Shown: positions 9,459-20,663 of the stretch, one piece after another | Layout: every line of letters starts with the position of its first letter | Numbering within the stretch: the first letter of the stretch is position 1 | Origin: Alphaproteobacteria bacterium | GTDB lineage: Bacteria > Pseudomonadota > Alphaproteobacteria > CALKHQ01 | NCBI GenBank assembly: GCA_050329975.1 | Contig: JBHJOG010000289.1 | Location: 1 to 55,895, forward strand | Length of the DNA stretch: 55,895 nucleotides | Reading direction: 5' to 3' | The notes under the pieces: model-generated | What the model saw: only the letters and a program-made list of their open reading frames with translations | Databases searched by the model: none | Told to the model about the DNA's origin: nothing | Translations under genes and position numbers: made by a program

Positions 9459-9975
9459 GGCCGGGACCGGCCGGCCCATGGCGGACGAGGGCCAGCGCCT
9501 GGGCGGCGAGCACCAGCAGCCAGCTCGCCAGGGCCGCCAGCGCCGGCAGGTAGAACGGCCAAGCCGGCCAGCCGAGGATCTGGCCGGTGGTGAAGTTGCC
9601 CGCCCGCAGCTCGGGCAGGTAGAGCGCCATGAAACCGAGCACCAGCCCGGCGAAGCCGGCGAACAGCAGCAGGCTGGCCGCCTCGATCAGGACGTGCAGC
9701 CAGCGGGGCGCACGCTCGACGAAGAAATCGACCGCCACATGGCCGCGGGCGTGCTGGCACCAGGGCAGCATGGAAAAGGCGGCGACGGCGATGAAGTTGC
9801 GGACCAGTTCCTCGTAGCCGGAGACGAGGGTGGTGCCCTGGCCGCCGCCGAACAGGCCGCCGGCGCCGTCCATCACCACCTTCACGACCGTCAGCCCCAT
9901 CAGCGCGAGAAGGATCGCGCCGGCCAGATAGGCGAAACCGCGGGCGAGCCCGGCGGCGAGGCGGTCGAGCGTCAC
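9451..9975 (-). CDS. dctQ: TRAP transporter small permease
   Basis: Four TM segments, GHVAVDFF motif; GTG start overlaps the dctP stop (GTGA). Confidence 0.88.
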   Translation of the reverse strand: MTLDRLAAGLARGFAYLAGAILLALMGLTVVKVVMDGAGGLFGGGQGTTLVSGYEELVRNFIAVAAFSMLPWCQHARGHVAVDFFVERAPRWLHVLIEAASLLLFAGFAGLVLGFMALYLPELRAGNFTTGQILGWPAWPFYLPALAALASWLLVLAAQALALVRHGPAGPGHG

Positions 9976-11015
9976 TCGCTGTGGGCGGCCACCGCGTCCT
10001 TGGCGGCCTGCAGCAGGGCGGCGCCGTCGATGCCGCCGGCCGAGACCTCCTCGACCCATCGCTGCTGGACCGGGGTCAGCGCCGCCTCGATCTCGGCGGC
10101 GGCGGCCTCGTCGAGGACGATCATCTCCGAGCCGCTGGCTTCGGTCGCCTCGCGGGTCGGCACCTCGTTCTCGTCCCACACCGCGCCGACCTCGGCGGCG
10201 ATCGCGGCGCCGGAGTTGGCGTCGATCACCGCCTTCAGGTCGTCGGGCAGCGATTCGTAGCTCTCCGTGTTCATCGCGAACAGGAAGACCGCGGTACCGA
10301 AGCGCAGGCTATCGGGGCCTTCGATCGAATAGTTGGTGAGCTCGTGCACGTTGAGCGGGACCGCGACCTCGAACGGGATCAGCGCACCGTCGACCGTACC
10401 CCGGGCCAGTGCCTGGGGCAGCTCGGGCACCGGCATGCCGACCGGCTCTGCCCCCCAGGCCTCGATCATCCAGGCGCCGGTGCGCGACGGGGTGCGCAGC
10501 TTCAGGCCGGCGAGGTCGGCGAGCCCGCGCACCGCCCGGTCGACGGTGTGGATCGCCTGGCCGGCGTGGACGTGGACCAGGATCGGGTGCACGTCGGCGA
10601 AATCCTCGGCGAGGTACTCGTCGTAGATGTCCTGGATCGCCTGGTTGGTCACCTCGGCGCTGCCGAAGTGGACGAAGGGCAGCTCGAACACCTCGCTGCG
10701 CACGAACACGCCGGGCGTATAGCCGGTGACAGTCCAGACCAGGTCGACGGTGCCGTCGCGGACCTGGTTGTAGAGGTCCGGCGGGGCGCCGCCGAGCGAC
10801 ATCGAGGGATAGATCTCGACCAGGATCCTTCCCTCGGACTGCTCGAACACCCGGTCCGCCCAGGGCTGCAGGTAGGTGGTCTGCGCGGCCGAGGTCGGGC
10901 CGAGCAGGTGGTGCATGGTGAGCACCACCTCCTGGGCAAGTGCGGCGGGAGCGGCTGCGGCAGTGCCGCAGAGCAGGACGGCGACGGCAAGCGGCCGGGT
11001 GTGGATCGGTGTCAT
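9972..11015 (-). CDS. dctP: TRAP substrate-binding protein
   Basis: Signal peptide, DLAGLKLRTP, GAEPVGMP..ALARGTVDG. Confidence 0.93.
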   Translation of the reverse strand: MTPIHTRPLAVAVLLCGTAAAAPAALAQEVVLTMHHLLGPTSAAQTTYLQPWADRVFEQSEGRILVEIYPSMSLGGAPPDLYNQVRDGTVDLVWTVTGYTPGVFVRSEVFELPFVHFGSAEVTNQAIQDIYDEYLAEDFADVHPILVHVHAGQAIHTVDRAVRGLADLAGLKLRTPSRTGAWMIEAWGAEPVGMPVPELPQALARGTVDGALIPFEVAVPLNVHELTNYSIEGPDSLRFGTAVFLFAMNTESYESLPDDLKAVIDANSGAAIAAEVGAVWDENEVPTREATEASGSEMIVLDEAAAAEIEAALTPVQQRWVEEVSAGGIDGAALLQAAKDAVAAHSE

Positions 11016-11068
11016 GGCGTTGGCTCCCTGTGGTCCTCGGCGGCGTGGAACGCCGCTCGCATCCGGAT

Positions 11069-12178
<1,110 letters not shown>

Positions 12179-12310
12179 GCGTCACTCCCTTGATTGTCGG
12201 TCAGAATCTTGGCGAAGAGGCTGACAGACCTGGGGCGCGGACGCAAGCGTGCGCGGGGCACGCGACGGGGCGTCAGAGGCGTGTGACCACGGGCGGGGCG
12301 ACGGGGCGAA

Positions 12311-12889
12311 TCAGCCGGCGACCACGAGCACCCAATAGTACTGGAACTGCTGGTCGCGCGGGTTGAAGGCATAGCCTGCGCCGGCCTGTCGGACGCGGCT
12401 GTCGGTCATGGTCCGAAAGTGGCCGTCGCTCTCGATCCAGTCGGCGACGGTGAACTCGGGAACGGCGCGGCCGGCGGCCACGTTCTCGCCCACGATGCGG
12501 AAGTTGTAGCCGAAGCGACGGACCCGGTCGGCGGGCAGCGACCCGTCGCTGCCGCGGTGCGGGCCGTGGCCGTAGGTGGCGAGCTGGGCGCGCATCGCCT
12601 GCCAGGCAAGATCGTCGGCATGGGCCTGCGCCGCATTCATCAACCGCTCCTCGGCGGACAGAGGCGACAGGCCGTAGCGGGAGCGAACCGAGTTTACCAG
12701 CTCGATCAGCCGGATCGTTTCGACATCGAAGCGCGCACCGTCGGCCAGCGCCGCCGGTGCCGCGGCGACGATCGCTGCCGTGCCGGCCAGCCCCAGCAGC
12801 CCACGGCGGGTCAGGGACGGACCGCCGGCAGTCGAGCCGGCCGGGTCTGCGGTGTCACTGAATGACGATACGTGGCGCTTGGCGAGCAT
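12311..12889 (-). CDS. CAP (SCP-like) domain protein with Tat signal
   Basis: TRRGLLG twin-Arg motif; AAQAHADD, HRGSDGS, GENVAAG, WIESDGH. RBS GGAGG before ATG 12889; overlaps the apbC 3' end by 35 nt. Confidence 0.85.
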   Translation of the reverse strand: MLAKRHVSSFSDTADPAGSTAGGPSLTRRGLLGLAGTAAIVAAAPAALADGARFDVETIRLIELVNSVRSRYGLSPLSAEERLMNAAQAHADDLAWQAMRAQLATYGHGPHRGSDGSLPADRVRRFGYNFRIVGENVAAGRAVPEFTVADWIESDGHFRTMTDSRVRQAGAGYAFNPRDQQFQYYWVLVVAG

Positions 12890-13961
12890 GGATGTCCTCC
12901 TGGAAGAGCTGCGACCAGATCTTCCGTGCGATGGTGCGATAGGCGACGACATGGGGGTCTTCGTCGGGTCCAAGCGCGACGGGCACGCCGGCGTCGGATT
13001 TCTCTCGGATGTCGAGATGCAGCGGTACTGCGCCGAGGAACGGCACGTCGAGGCGGGCCGCTTCGGCCTCGGCGCCGCCGTGGCCGAAAATGTGCGCCTC
13101 ATGCCCGCAGCTCGGGCAGAGATAGGTGCTCATGTTCTCCACGATGCCGAGAACGGGAACTTCGGTCTTGCGGAACATGTTCAGGCCCTTGCGGGCATCG
13201 ACCAGCGCGATGTCCTGCGGGGTCGATACGATCACGGCGCCGGCCAGCGGCGTGCGCTGGGCCATCGTCAGTTGCGCGTCACCGGTCCCGGGCGGCATGT
13301 CGACCACCATGACGTCCAGTTCGCCCCACTCAACGTCGCGCAACATCTGTTCCAAAGCGCTCATTACCATTGGCCCGCGCCAGATCATAGGGGTCGACTC
13401 GTCCACAAGAAAGCCGATCGACATTATATTCAGGTTATATTTGTTAATGGGCCGCAAGGTCTTGCCATCGGTCGATTCCGGCCGCTGAGCTATGCCTAGC
13501 ATGCGGGGGATTGACGGACCGTAAACGTCGGCGTCGAGAAGCCCGACCCGATGGCCGTCGCGGGCGAGCGACACGGCGATATTGACCGCGGTGGTGGATT
13601 TGCCGACGCCGCCTTTGCCGCTGGCGATCGCGATGATCTTGCGCACGCCCGGCGGTGCGGCGCTGGCCGCGCGCGACGGCTGGCGCCCGGCTGGCCGGTC
13701 CGGGCCGGACGCCCGCTGCGCCGTCAGCACTGCCGTGGCGTGTTGCACGCCGGCGATTGCGCCGAGAACCCGCTCGGCTTCCTGGCGCATCGGCTCCAGC
13801 GCCGGCCCCTGGGCGGGATCGACCTCGAGGGAGACCGAGACCTTGCCGCCGTCGATGGCGATACCCGCGACCATCCCGGCTGCGACGATGTCGCGGTCCC
13901 CGCCCGGCGCCGCCACCTGCCGCAGAGCCTCGCGAATCCGTGCGTCGTCGATGCTTGCCAT
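12855..13961 (-). CDS. apbC: Mrp/ApbC Fe-S cluster carrier ATPase
   Basis: SGKGGVGKST, DADVYGPS, IWRGPM, DMPPGTGD, ENMS..CPSC. Confidence 0.96.
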   Translation of the reverse strand: MASIDDARIREALRQVAAPGGDRDIVAAGMVAGIAIDGGKVSVSLEVDPAQGPALEPMRQEAERVLGAIAGVQHATAVLTAQRASGPDRPAGRQPSRAASAAPPGVRKIIAIASGKGGVGKSTTAVNIAVSLARDGHRVGLLDADVYGPSIPRMLGIAQRPESTDGKTLRPINKYNLNIMSIGFLVDESTPMIWRGPMVMSALEQMLRDVEWGELDVMVVDMPPGTGDAQLTMAQRTPLAGAVIVSTPQDIALVDARKGLNMFRKTEVPVLGIVENMSTYLCPSCGHEAHIFGHGGAEAEAARLDVPFLGAVPLHLDIREKSDAGVPVALGPDEDPHVVAYRTIARKIWSQLFQEDIHARQAPRIVIQ

Positions 13962-14138
13962 TGTCGTCGCCCTCCACTATTGACCGTTGCCAATGCGTCA
14001 TCGTCCCGACCCATGGATGGGTCGGGCCGCGGCCGGCCGGCGCGGCGTATACTTCGCAGTGCGGCGATGTATATGAACAACTGCACGCGGCGTCGAGCCG
14101 GGCAAGCGGGCACGGGCACAGCCATGGGAGCGGAATTA

Positions 14139-15350
14139 ATGCCTTGGAAGAACCAAAGCGGCGGAGGCGGCCCCTGGGGCGGCGACGCCGGTTCGGGCAA
14201 TGGTAGCGGCGGCGGTGGCGGTGGCGGTCCCTGGGGTGCGGGCGGTGGCGGCGGCGGTGGCGGCGGACGTGGCCCGACGCCACCCGGATTCGACGACCTG
14301 ATCCGGCAGAGCCAGGACCGGATGAAGCGCTTCCTGCCCGGGGGATTCTTCGGCGGGCGCGGGATCGTGCTGATCATCATCGGCGCGATCGTGATCTGGC
14401 TGGCGACCGGCTTCTACCGGGTGCAGCCGGGCGAGCAGGGCGTGGTGCTGCGGTTCGGCCAGTTCATCGGCATCACCGATCCGGGGCTCAACTACCGGCT
14501 GCCGGGACCGATCGAGGATCACGAGATCGTCAACGTCAACCTGGAGCGGCTGACGCTTATCGGCGTCCGTGCGGCCGGCGAAGGCCGCGAGGGCGCGCCG
14601 CTGTACAATTTCGCCGAAAGCCGGATGCTGACCGGCGACGAGAACCTGGTCGACCTGGGCTTCGCGATCGTCTGGAACGTGGTCGAGGCGCCGAACTTCG
14701 TGTTCAACGTCCGCGACCCCGAGAGCACCGTCCGCTTCATCGGCGAGAGCGTGATGCGCGAGGTGATCGGCCAGCGCCGGATCACCGAGCTGATCGTCAG
14801 CACCGGCGCCGCGCTCGGTGCGGATGCCGATGCGGCGAACGTCCGGCGCGAGATCGAGCTGCGGGTGGCGACCCTGCTGCAGGAGCGGCTGAACTTCTAC
14901 GGGACAGGCATCTCGGTGGTGAACGTGCAGCTGCAGGGGGTCGACCCGCCCACCGAGGTTATCGACGCGTTCCGCGACGTGCAGAACGCGGAATCCGAGG
15001 CGGAGGCGATGATCAACACCGCCCGGGCCTACGCCAACCAGGTGATCCCGCGGGCCCGCGCCGAGGCGTACAGCGTGACCCAGGAGGCTCGCGCATACAG
15101 CGAGCGCGTGCGTGCCCAGGCCGACGGCGACGCGGCGCGCTTCCTCCAGGTGCTGGAGGCCTATGACAGCGCCCAGAGCATCGTTGCCGAGCGACTCTAT
15201 ATCGAGACGGTGTCGGCGGTGTTCGCCGACCTGCCGAAGGTCATCATCGACCTCGGTTCGGCGACCCAGGGCGTGCTGCCCTATCTGCCGCTGGAGGCGA
15301 TGCAGGGCGCACTGCGCCCGCAAACCGGCGCCAACGGGGGTGGCAACTGA
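14139..15350 (+). CDS. hflK: FtsH modulator HflK
   Basis: MPWKNQSGGGGPWG Gly-rich N-terminus, TM helix, MLTGDENLVD, VIDAFRDVQ. Confidence 0.95.
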   Translation: MPWKNQSGGGGPWGGDAGSGNGSGGGGGGGPWGAGGGGGGGGGRGPTPPGFDDLIRQSQDRMKRFLPGGFFGGRGIVLIIIGAIVIWLATGFYRVQPGEQGVVLRFGQFIGITDPGLNYRLPGPIEDHEIVNVNLERLTLIGVRAAGEGREGAPLYNFAESRMLTGDENLVDLGFAIVWNVVEAPNFVFNVRDPESTVRFIGESVMREVIGQRRITELIVSTGAALGADADAANVRREIELRVATLLQERLNFYGTGISVVNVQLQGVDPPTEVIDAFRDVQNAESEAEAMINTARAYANQVIPRARAEAYSVTQEARAYSERVRAQADGDAARFLQVLEAYDSAQSIVAERLYIETVSAVFADLPKVIIDLGSATQGVLPYLPLEAMQGALRPQTGANGGGN

Positions 15351-16495
15351 TGCGCAGACTTTCTCTTGTTGTCATCGGCGGCGGGCTGATCGTGCTCGCG
15401 ATCATTGCGAACTTCACCCTGTTCGTGGTCAGGGAGACCGAGCAGGCCCTGGTCCTGCAGTTCGGCAACCCGCTGCGCGTGATCCAGGAGCCGGGGCTCG
15501 AGTTCAAGTGGCCGTTCGTGCAGAACGTGCAGTATTTCGAGGATCGGCTGCTGACCTACGATCCGCCGACCGAAGAGGTCATTCTCGGCGACACCAAGCG
15601 GCTGCAGGTCAGCACCTCGCTGATCTACCGGATCGTCGACCCTCTCCTGTTCTATCAACGTGTCCGCGACGAGCGCGGGGTGATCGAACGGCTGCGGGCG
15701 GCGAATTCCAGCACGCTACGTAGCGTGCTGGCGGAGGTCAGCCAGGAGACGGTCTTGTCCGAGCAGCGCGGCCAGCTGATGACCAACATCCAGGAAGGCA
15801 TGAGCGACCAGGTGGAGCGCCTGGGCATCGATCTGGTCGACGTCCGCATCCTGCGCGCCGAACTGCCGGAACAGAACACCGCCCGGGTGCTCGAGCGGAT
15901 GCAGACCGAGCGCGAGCAGGAGGCGCGGCTGATCCGATCCGAGGGCGAGCAGGCGGCGACCGAGATGCGGGCGGACGCCGACCTGCAGCAGGCCGAGCTG
16001 GTGGCCGGTGCACAGCGGGAGGCCCAGCGCATCCGGGGCGAGGCTGACAACTACGGCCTGTCCACCCTGGCGACCGCCTATGCCGGCGATGAAGAGTTCT
16101 TCCGATTCTACTACCGCCTCACCCGGTATCCCGATGCGCTCGCCGGCGAGACCACGACGATCTACATGGGTGCCGACAGCCACTTCCTGAACCTGCTGAA
16201 CGGACAGGACTTCGATCTCGCCAGCTCGCCGTTCGCCGAAATCGGCAACGGGGACGGCTCCCTGGACATCGAGCCGCCGGCAATCGACGACCTGGCGCCG
16301 CCGATGGATCCCAGCGATCCGCTTGCGCCGGCCGACGGCTCGGGGCCAGATCTTCCGGAGCCCCTTCCGCTGGAGACCGGCCAGCCTGAGGCCGACCAGC
16401 CTGAGGCCGACCAGCCTGAGGTCGATCTCCAGGAGCCCGAGCCGGCGGACCCGATCGACGCCGGGGATGACGCGGAAACCGAACCGAACCCGTGA
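15350..16495 (+). CDS. hflC: FtsH modulator HflC with long acidic C-terminal extension
   Basis: VRETEQALVLQFG, PGLEFKWPF, VDVRILRAELP, RMQTERE; TGATG overlap with hflK. Confidence 0.92.
   Translation: MRRLSLVVIGGGLIVLAIIANFTLFVVRETEQALVLQFGNPLRVIQEPGLEFKWPFVQNVQYFEDRLLTYDPPTEEVILGDTKRLQVSTSLIYRIVDPLLFYQRVRDERGVIERLRAANSSTLRSVLAEVSQETVLSEQRGQLMTNIQEGMSDQVERLGIDLVDVRILRAELPEQNTARVLERMQTEREQEARLIRSEGEQAATEMRADADLQQAELVAGAQREAQRIRGEADNYGLSTLATAYAGDEEFFRFYYRLTRYPDALAGETTTIYMGADSHFLNLLNGQDFDLASSPFAEIGNGDGSLDIEPPAIDDLAPPMDPSDPLAPADGSGPDLPEPLPLETGQPEADQPEADQPEVDLQEPEPADPIDAGDDAETEPNP
16381..16425 (+). repeat. 15-bp in-frame tandem repeat x3 (QPEAD/QPEVD) in the hflC tail
   Basis: CCAGCCTGAGGCCGA x2 plus CCAGCCTGAGGTCGA. 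Confidence 0.95.
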
Positions 16496-16519
16496 TCTTC
16501 TTCTTTGGGGGGTGAGCCG

Positions 16520-18028
<1,509 letters not shown>

Positions 18029-18093
18029 CGCGCCCGATAGCGGTCGGGTGTGGCGGCGACCTGGAGAGCGAGGGTCGGGAATACGAGGGAAGG

Positions 18094-18615
18094 TTGACGG
18101 GACACGCGCCGACGCATACGCGGACCTATCGCCGGCTGGTCGAGGGCACCACGATCAACGGCACATCGCTGCTGTCGACCGACTATCTGAATCACTTCAA
18201 CGAGATCGTCATGCTGCTCGAACTGTCCGTCGACATGCCGGACATGGTCGCGGAAATCGAGCAGTGGCAGCCGAAGAGCTATGTCCAACACTTCCGGGAC
18301 AGCGGCTTTTCCTACGGCGAGCTAGCGGTGGCCGCTTACGACCACGCCCCGGTTGCGTTCCGCCAGCCGTTCGACGCCACGGTCGACGAGATCAACCGGA
18401 TCATCACCGAGGTGCTGCCGCGCGTCCGCACCATGCTCGCCGGCGAACACCCGGGGGCCGCCAGGGACCGCATTCTCCTGCTGGCGCACGCGCTGCGGGC
18501 GAAGATCGAGCGGGCCAGCGCCATCATCAACGGCTCCCGGGCCGAAGAGCTGGACGCGAAGCCGGAAACCGGCGGGATGATCGGACAGAAGGACATCGAC
18601 GCGCTGTTCGACTGA
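18094..18615 (+). CDS. Hypothetical helical protein with C-terminal QxDIDALF motif
   Basis: TTG start after purine-rich GAGGGAAGG; TDYLNHFNEIVMLLE; ends GQKDIDALFD. Confidence 0.8.
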   Translation: MTGHAPTHTRTYRRLVEGTTINGTSLLSTDYLNHFNEIVMLLELSVDMPDMVAEIEQWQPKSYVQHFRDSGFSYGELAVAAYDHAPVAFRQPFDATVDEINRIITEVLPRVRTMLAGEHPGAARDRILLLAHALRAKIERASAIINGSRAEELDAKPETGGMIGQKDIDALFD

Positions 18616-18635
18616 GCCGGTGCCGTCGAGCTCAA

Positions 18636-19577
18636 CTATGGTTGGAGGGTGCCGTAGCGCTTGGCAGCGACGCGGCTTTCGGCCGCGATCCAGTCGCGGA
18701 AGGCAGCGATCTTGGGCCGGTCCGCCCGCTCCGGCAGGGTCACGGTGTAGAGGGACCAGGGGCTGTCGAGCCAGATGTCGAGGGGACGCACCAGGCGCCC
18801 GGTGTCGAGCTCGATCTCTGCCAGCGTGCTGCGCGCCAGCGCCACTCCCTGACCATGGATCGCTGCCTGCACCATCAGCGAGGACTGGTTGTAGCCGGGA
18901 CCAGAGCTGACGTCGGCCCGTTTCACCCCGAATGTCTTCAGGAAGAACGGCCAGCCGTTGGCCGTCTCGTCGTTGCGCCAGTCGTCGTCGTGGAGCAGGA
19001 TCGCCGTCGCGAGATCCTCCAGGCGGCGGATCGCGTTCGGCCCGTTCATCAATTGCGGGCTGCAGACCGGGAAGATGCGCTCGCGCATCAGCAGCCGCGT
19101 GTCCATCCCCGGATAGTTGCCCCAGCCCAGCCGCACGGCGATGTCGACTCCGTCGGTGCGCAGATTCGCCAGCCGATCGTCGGTGTGCAGCCTGAGGTCG
19201 ATGTCCGGGTACAGCGCGTGGAACTTGGGCAGCCGCGGCATCAGCCATTGCGAGGCGAGCGAGGGAATCATGCTTACCGTCAGCGGCCCATGGTCCTGGT
19301 CGGCGCGCAGGCGCTCGATCGCGCTGCCGATGCCGGTTAACGCCTCGCGCACCACATGGGCGAGCTGGCGGCCCTCCGCGGTCAGCTCCAGCTTGCGGGT
19401 CCGGCGGACGAAAAGCGCGAAACCCAGGTGCAGCTCGAGCTGCTTGATCTGCTGGCTGATCGCGCCCTGAGTCAGGTTCAGCTCTTCGGCGGCGCGGGTG
19501 AAGCTGAGGTGGCGGGCGGAGGCTTCGAACGCCCGCATCGTTGCTAGCGGCGGCAGTTGCATCGTGGATCCATTCAT
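18636..19577 (-). CDS. LysR-type transcriptional regulator, GcvA-like
   Basis: LPPLATMRAFEASARHLSFTRAAEELNLTQGAISQQIKQLE; AAIHGQGVALAR. Start 19577 or 19562. Confidence 0.95.
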   Translation of the reverse strand: MNGSTMQLPPLATMRAFEASARHLSFTRAAEELNLTQGAISQQIKQLELHLGFALFVRRTRKLELTAEGRQLAHVVREALTGIGSAIERLRADQDHGPLTVSMIPSLASQWLMPRLPKFHALYPDIDLRLHTDDRLANLRTDGVDIAVRLGWGNYPGMDTRLLMRERIFPVCSPQLMNGPNAIRRLEDLATAILLHDDDWRNDETANGWPFFLKTFGVKRADVSSGPGYNQSSLMVQAAIHGQGVALARSTLAEIELDTGRLVRPLDIWLDSPWSLYTVTLPERADRPKIAAFRDWIAAESRVAAKRYGTLQP

Positions 19578-19590
19578 TAGTTTATCTAAT
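19576..19590. promoter_or_regulatory. LysR/GcvA-type operator
   Basis: Dyad ATTAG-TTTAT-CTAAT (T-N11-A) at the LysR start, in the divergent promoter region. Confidence 0.75.
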
Positions 19591-19749
19591 CTATAGCCAG
19601 AGGAATCGTGGTTTGTCAATTGACGCTGGGGATCGGATATTCAACCCCAGGCGAGGCCAGAACGCCGGAATGCTCCGGGAGAAACGGCTTCGCAGCTTGG
19701 TCGGTCACCCCTGGTATAGCGGTGCCGACGGTTGAAGGGATACCAGCCC

Positions 19750-19980
19750 ATGTCTAATCAGTGCCACGACTCAGCCATCGGCTATGCCAGCCGCCGTCCG
19801 GCTCGGCGAGTCTCCCTTGCCGACCGCCTGTTGCAGGTGGTTCAGTGGCTGGAACAGGGACTCGAGGTTCACCGCCAGCGTCAGGCGCTGCGCTCGATGG
19901 ACGACCATATGCTGCGCGATATCGGCGTCACCCGCGCCGACGTGGAGCGCGAGACGAGAAAGCCGCTGTGGCGCCGATAG
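19750..19980 (+). CDS. DUF1127 (YjiS-like) small protein
   Basis: RQRQALRSMDDHMLRDIGVTRADVERETRKPLWR; divergent from LysR. Confidence 0.92.
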   Translation: MSNQCHDSAIGYASRRPARRVSLADRLLQVVQWLEQGLEVHRQRQALRSMDDHMLRDIGVTRADVERETRKPLWRR

Positions 19981-20005
19981 GCCGGCGGCGCCAGGGGAGA
20001 CTGCG

Positions 20006-20644
20006 ATGTTGCGTGTCTACGGCGACCGGTTCTCGGGCAACTGCTACAAGGTCCAGCTGATCCTGGACCTTGTCGGCCTTCCCTATGAATGGGTCGCCGT
20101 CGACATCATGCGCGGTGAGAGCCGGACGCCGGACTTCCTCGCTCTGAGCCCGGTCGGGCGAATCCCGATCGTGGTGCTCGACGGGGGCGAGGTGCTCTCG
20201 GAGTCGAATGCGATCCTGCTCTACTTCGCCGATGGCAGCCCCTATCTGCCCGGAGACCGCCTGCAACGGGCGCGCATCCACCAGTGGCTGTTCTTCGAGC
20301 AGTACAATCACGAGCCGAATATCGCGACGCTGCGGTTCTGGACCTGCCTCGCCGGCTTCGACGCACAGCGCCGGGCCATGGAGCCGGCTAAGCGCCGGGC
20401 AGGGATAGAGGCGCTCGGTGTCATGGAGGTCCGGCTCGCCGAGCGTCCGTTCCTGGCTGCGGACCGGTTCACCGTCGCAGACATCGCGCTCTACGCCTAT
20501 ACCCACGTCGCGGACGAGGGCGGGTTCGACCTTGCCCCCTATCCTGCGATCCGCGACTGGATCGAGCGCATCGAGGCGCAGCCGGGCTTCACGCCGATGG
20601 TTTACGGCCGCGACCGTCTCCCGGCCCCGACGGCGCCCGCCTAG
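20006..20644 (+). CDS. Glutathione S-transferase family protein
   Basis: SGNCYKV, GRIPIV, LSESNAIL, WLFFEQYNHEP, TVADIALY; RBS GGAGA. Confidence 0.94.
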   Translation: MLRVYGDRFSGNCYKVQLILDLVGLPYEWVAVDIMRGESRTPDFLALSPVGRIPIVVLDGGEVLSESNAILLYFADGSPYLPGDRLQRARIHQWLFFEQYNHEPNIATLRFWTCLAGFDAQRRAMEPAKRRAGIEALGVMEVRLAERPFLAADRFTVADIALYAYTHVADEGGFDLAPYPAIRDWIERIEAQPGFTPMVYGRDRLPAPTAPA

Positions 20645-20663
20645 CTAGAATTCAAGCGGCTGC

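Noticed and set aside
14160-14275. GGC/GGT-rich repeat tract
   Set aside because: Encodes the normal Gly-rich HflK N-terminus; not a CRISPR or independent repeat.
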